A stretch of DNA of 64,000 bases from Spirogloea muscicola. Taxonomy: Eukaryota. Both the position numbers and the translations under genes were made by a program. Each line of letters begins with the position of its first letter. The first letter of the stretch is position 1. Shown here piece by piece: positions 62,508 to 64,000 of the stretch. The stretch lies in NCBI GenBank assembly GCA_009602725.1, contig WELB01000007.1, positions 1,316,310 through 1,380,309 of the forward strand, given 5' to 3'. Under the pieces are notes generated by a model. That model was not told the DNA's origin. It did not search any database and saw only the letters and a program-made list of their open reading frames with translations.

Positions 62508-64000
62508 TTAGGTGAGATGCAGGAGCTTCAAAATAGTAATCATATCCTTTTGTTCCTGCGTCCAGACCTGTGCCATTAAGAGCCCTTTGGCTGCGAGTTG
62601 TGGCCTGGCAAGGTTGCCTAGCCTCTCCAAGCATTCATCAGGCCGCCTTTTGCAAGGCATAAAACTCATGACAGCAATGAATTGATGTGAATGTATAACG
62701 CATTTGCTTCGAAAGCCCTGCATTGCAAAGCAATCTACATGAGAGAAGTGAGTACACATAAACATGTACATCTTGTACATTGTATATATATAACACTGGA
62801 ATGATGGGAATGATAATTCTTAGTATTTCACACAGTAGGCAACTACTAGCGTGTCTGGAGGAACCTATTGTAAATAGCACATAGACGTGTACACCTCCCT
62901 CTGCCGGGCTTCAAGGTAGGTACATGCACATGCACCTGGCAAAGTACTCCACTAGTACAGGTCATCTTCAGAAGAACGGCTATACTCATCTCTACACTGG
63001 ACAATGAACAAGTGGAAGCTTGACAATGGACAAGCACACATGACAAGAATTTGTAGCAGGCACAATCATTGTCAACGAAAACTGTACAGTCATTGACATG
63101 ATTCCCTTTGGCATCCTCTGGGTGGAGGACCGCAGCATCTAGAGATAGCATCAGTTCATGGAATAGTGTACTAGTTGCAGGAAGGTACACAAGGGAGGAG
63201 CCTAAGGGCATGCTGCAGATGGTGCACCCAAGGTGCCCAAGTTTGCCTGCCGACTACATGTATGAACTTGGGAGGTCAGGAGAGCTGCACCCTCCATCAA
63301 CAATGCAATAGTCAATCTAGTCAGTTCCCTTAACACCAGCTACGCCGTTCCATGGCAGCAATTTCGTCTGTCATGAGCCGCATTCCAGCGACTTCCGCAC
63401 GCACTGGCGGACACGTCTGAAGGAGGGAAACAACAGAGTTCATCAGCTCCCCAATGATTGTAGCCATGTGTGGCACAGATGCATTGCACAGAAGGCTTGG
63501 GCTATGTGGAAAAAGGAAAATAATACTTTGGCAATGACCTGTTATAGGAGGGCACATCATTCGTGTAGAGCTGCGCTGCTTCCGCATTTGCAGGGCTAGC
63601 TGGATTAGGATCTGCAAGCAATGACTGCAGAAGCAACAGGTAGCACATTCTCAGTGAGAGCTATGAGTGAGACTTGGTTTATCAGGGTTCAACCCTTGAC
63701 AACAGTACTTTCTGAGGACCACCTTGTCCCCCTACCCTTACTTCAGTACAGCTACTACAGGATCGGTTGTCATTCCCAAATTGTGGCACCGAGGCATTCA
63801 TGATCTCATCTTTCACCTGAATAGATGTCAAGATTGTGCAGATATTGTGGCAAGGCGACCATGCATCTTGAATGATATCCATGCACAGCGTCCCATCACT
63901 GTAAACTGCACTACAATGCGGAGCTGGTCAAAAAGCCAAGCACGTGCAGAGAAGCAACAGGATGTGGAAAGAGTAACGTATGGTGACAACCCATGAAGTG
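62508..64000 (-). CDS. 3' exons of an unidentified gene continuing beyond the window
   Basis: Open helical-looking segments bounded by plausible AG/GT sites ([38 protein letters not shown]...[32 protein letters not shown]); no family recognised. Confidence 0.35.

Overview
Gene-dense, intron-rich eukaryotic DNA, most consistent with a green alga or early streptophyte (inference from plant-type THADA, DEG15, RAD51D, an ABRE-driven LEA-like gene, a PUBS/PebA-like bilin reductase, and genes unusual for angiosperms). About 12 spliced genes: RAD51D (+), a LEA-like gene (+), a ferredoxin-dependent bilin reductase (-), a pyruvoyl-dependent arginine decarboxylase with a transit-peptide-like N-terminus (+), a plant-conserved membrane protein (+), peroxisomal DEG15 protease (-), saccharopine-dehydrogenase-like oxidoreductase (+), a GT23/alpha-1,6-fucosyltransferase-like protein (+), THADA (+), two tandem DOMON/copper monooxygenases (-) and the 3' end of an unidentified gene. 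The first 6 kb is transposon debris: Copia gag-protease, Gypsy integrase, a ~890-bp foldback palindrome, and an RLE-type (CRE-like) non-LTR retroelement. Most intergenic intervals hold 5'-truncated 3' stubs of that RLE family, recognisable by the C-terminal motif 'SDLxxLTRGY*'; one copy sits inside another copy's 3' repeat with a 7-bp target-site duplication. Three ~500-N gaps and two single-N joins lie in GC-rich DNA, mostly at gene 5' ends, so several starts are missing. Family calls come from motif recognition only, no searches were run, and exon boundaries were read by eye.
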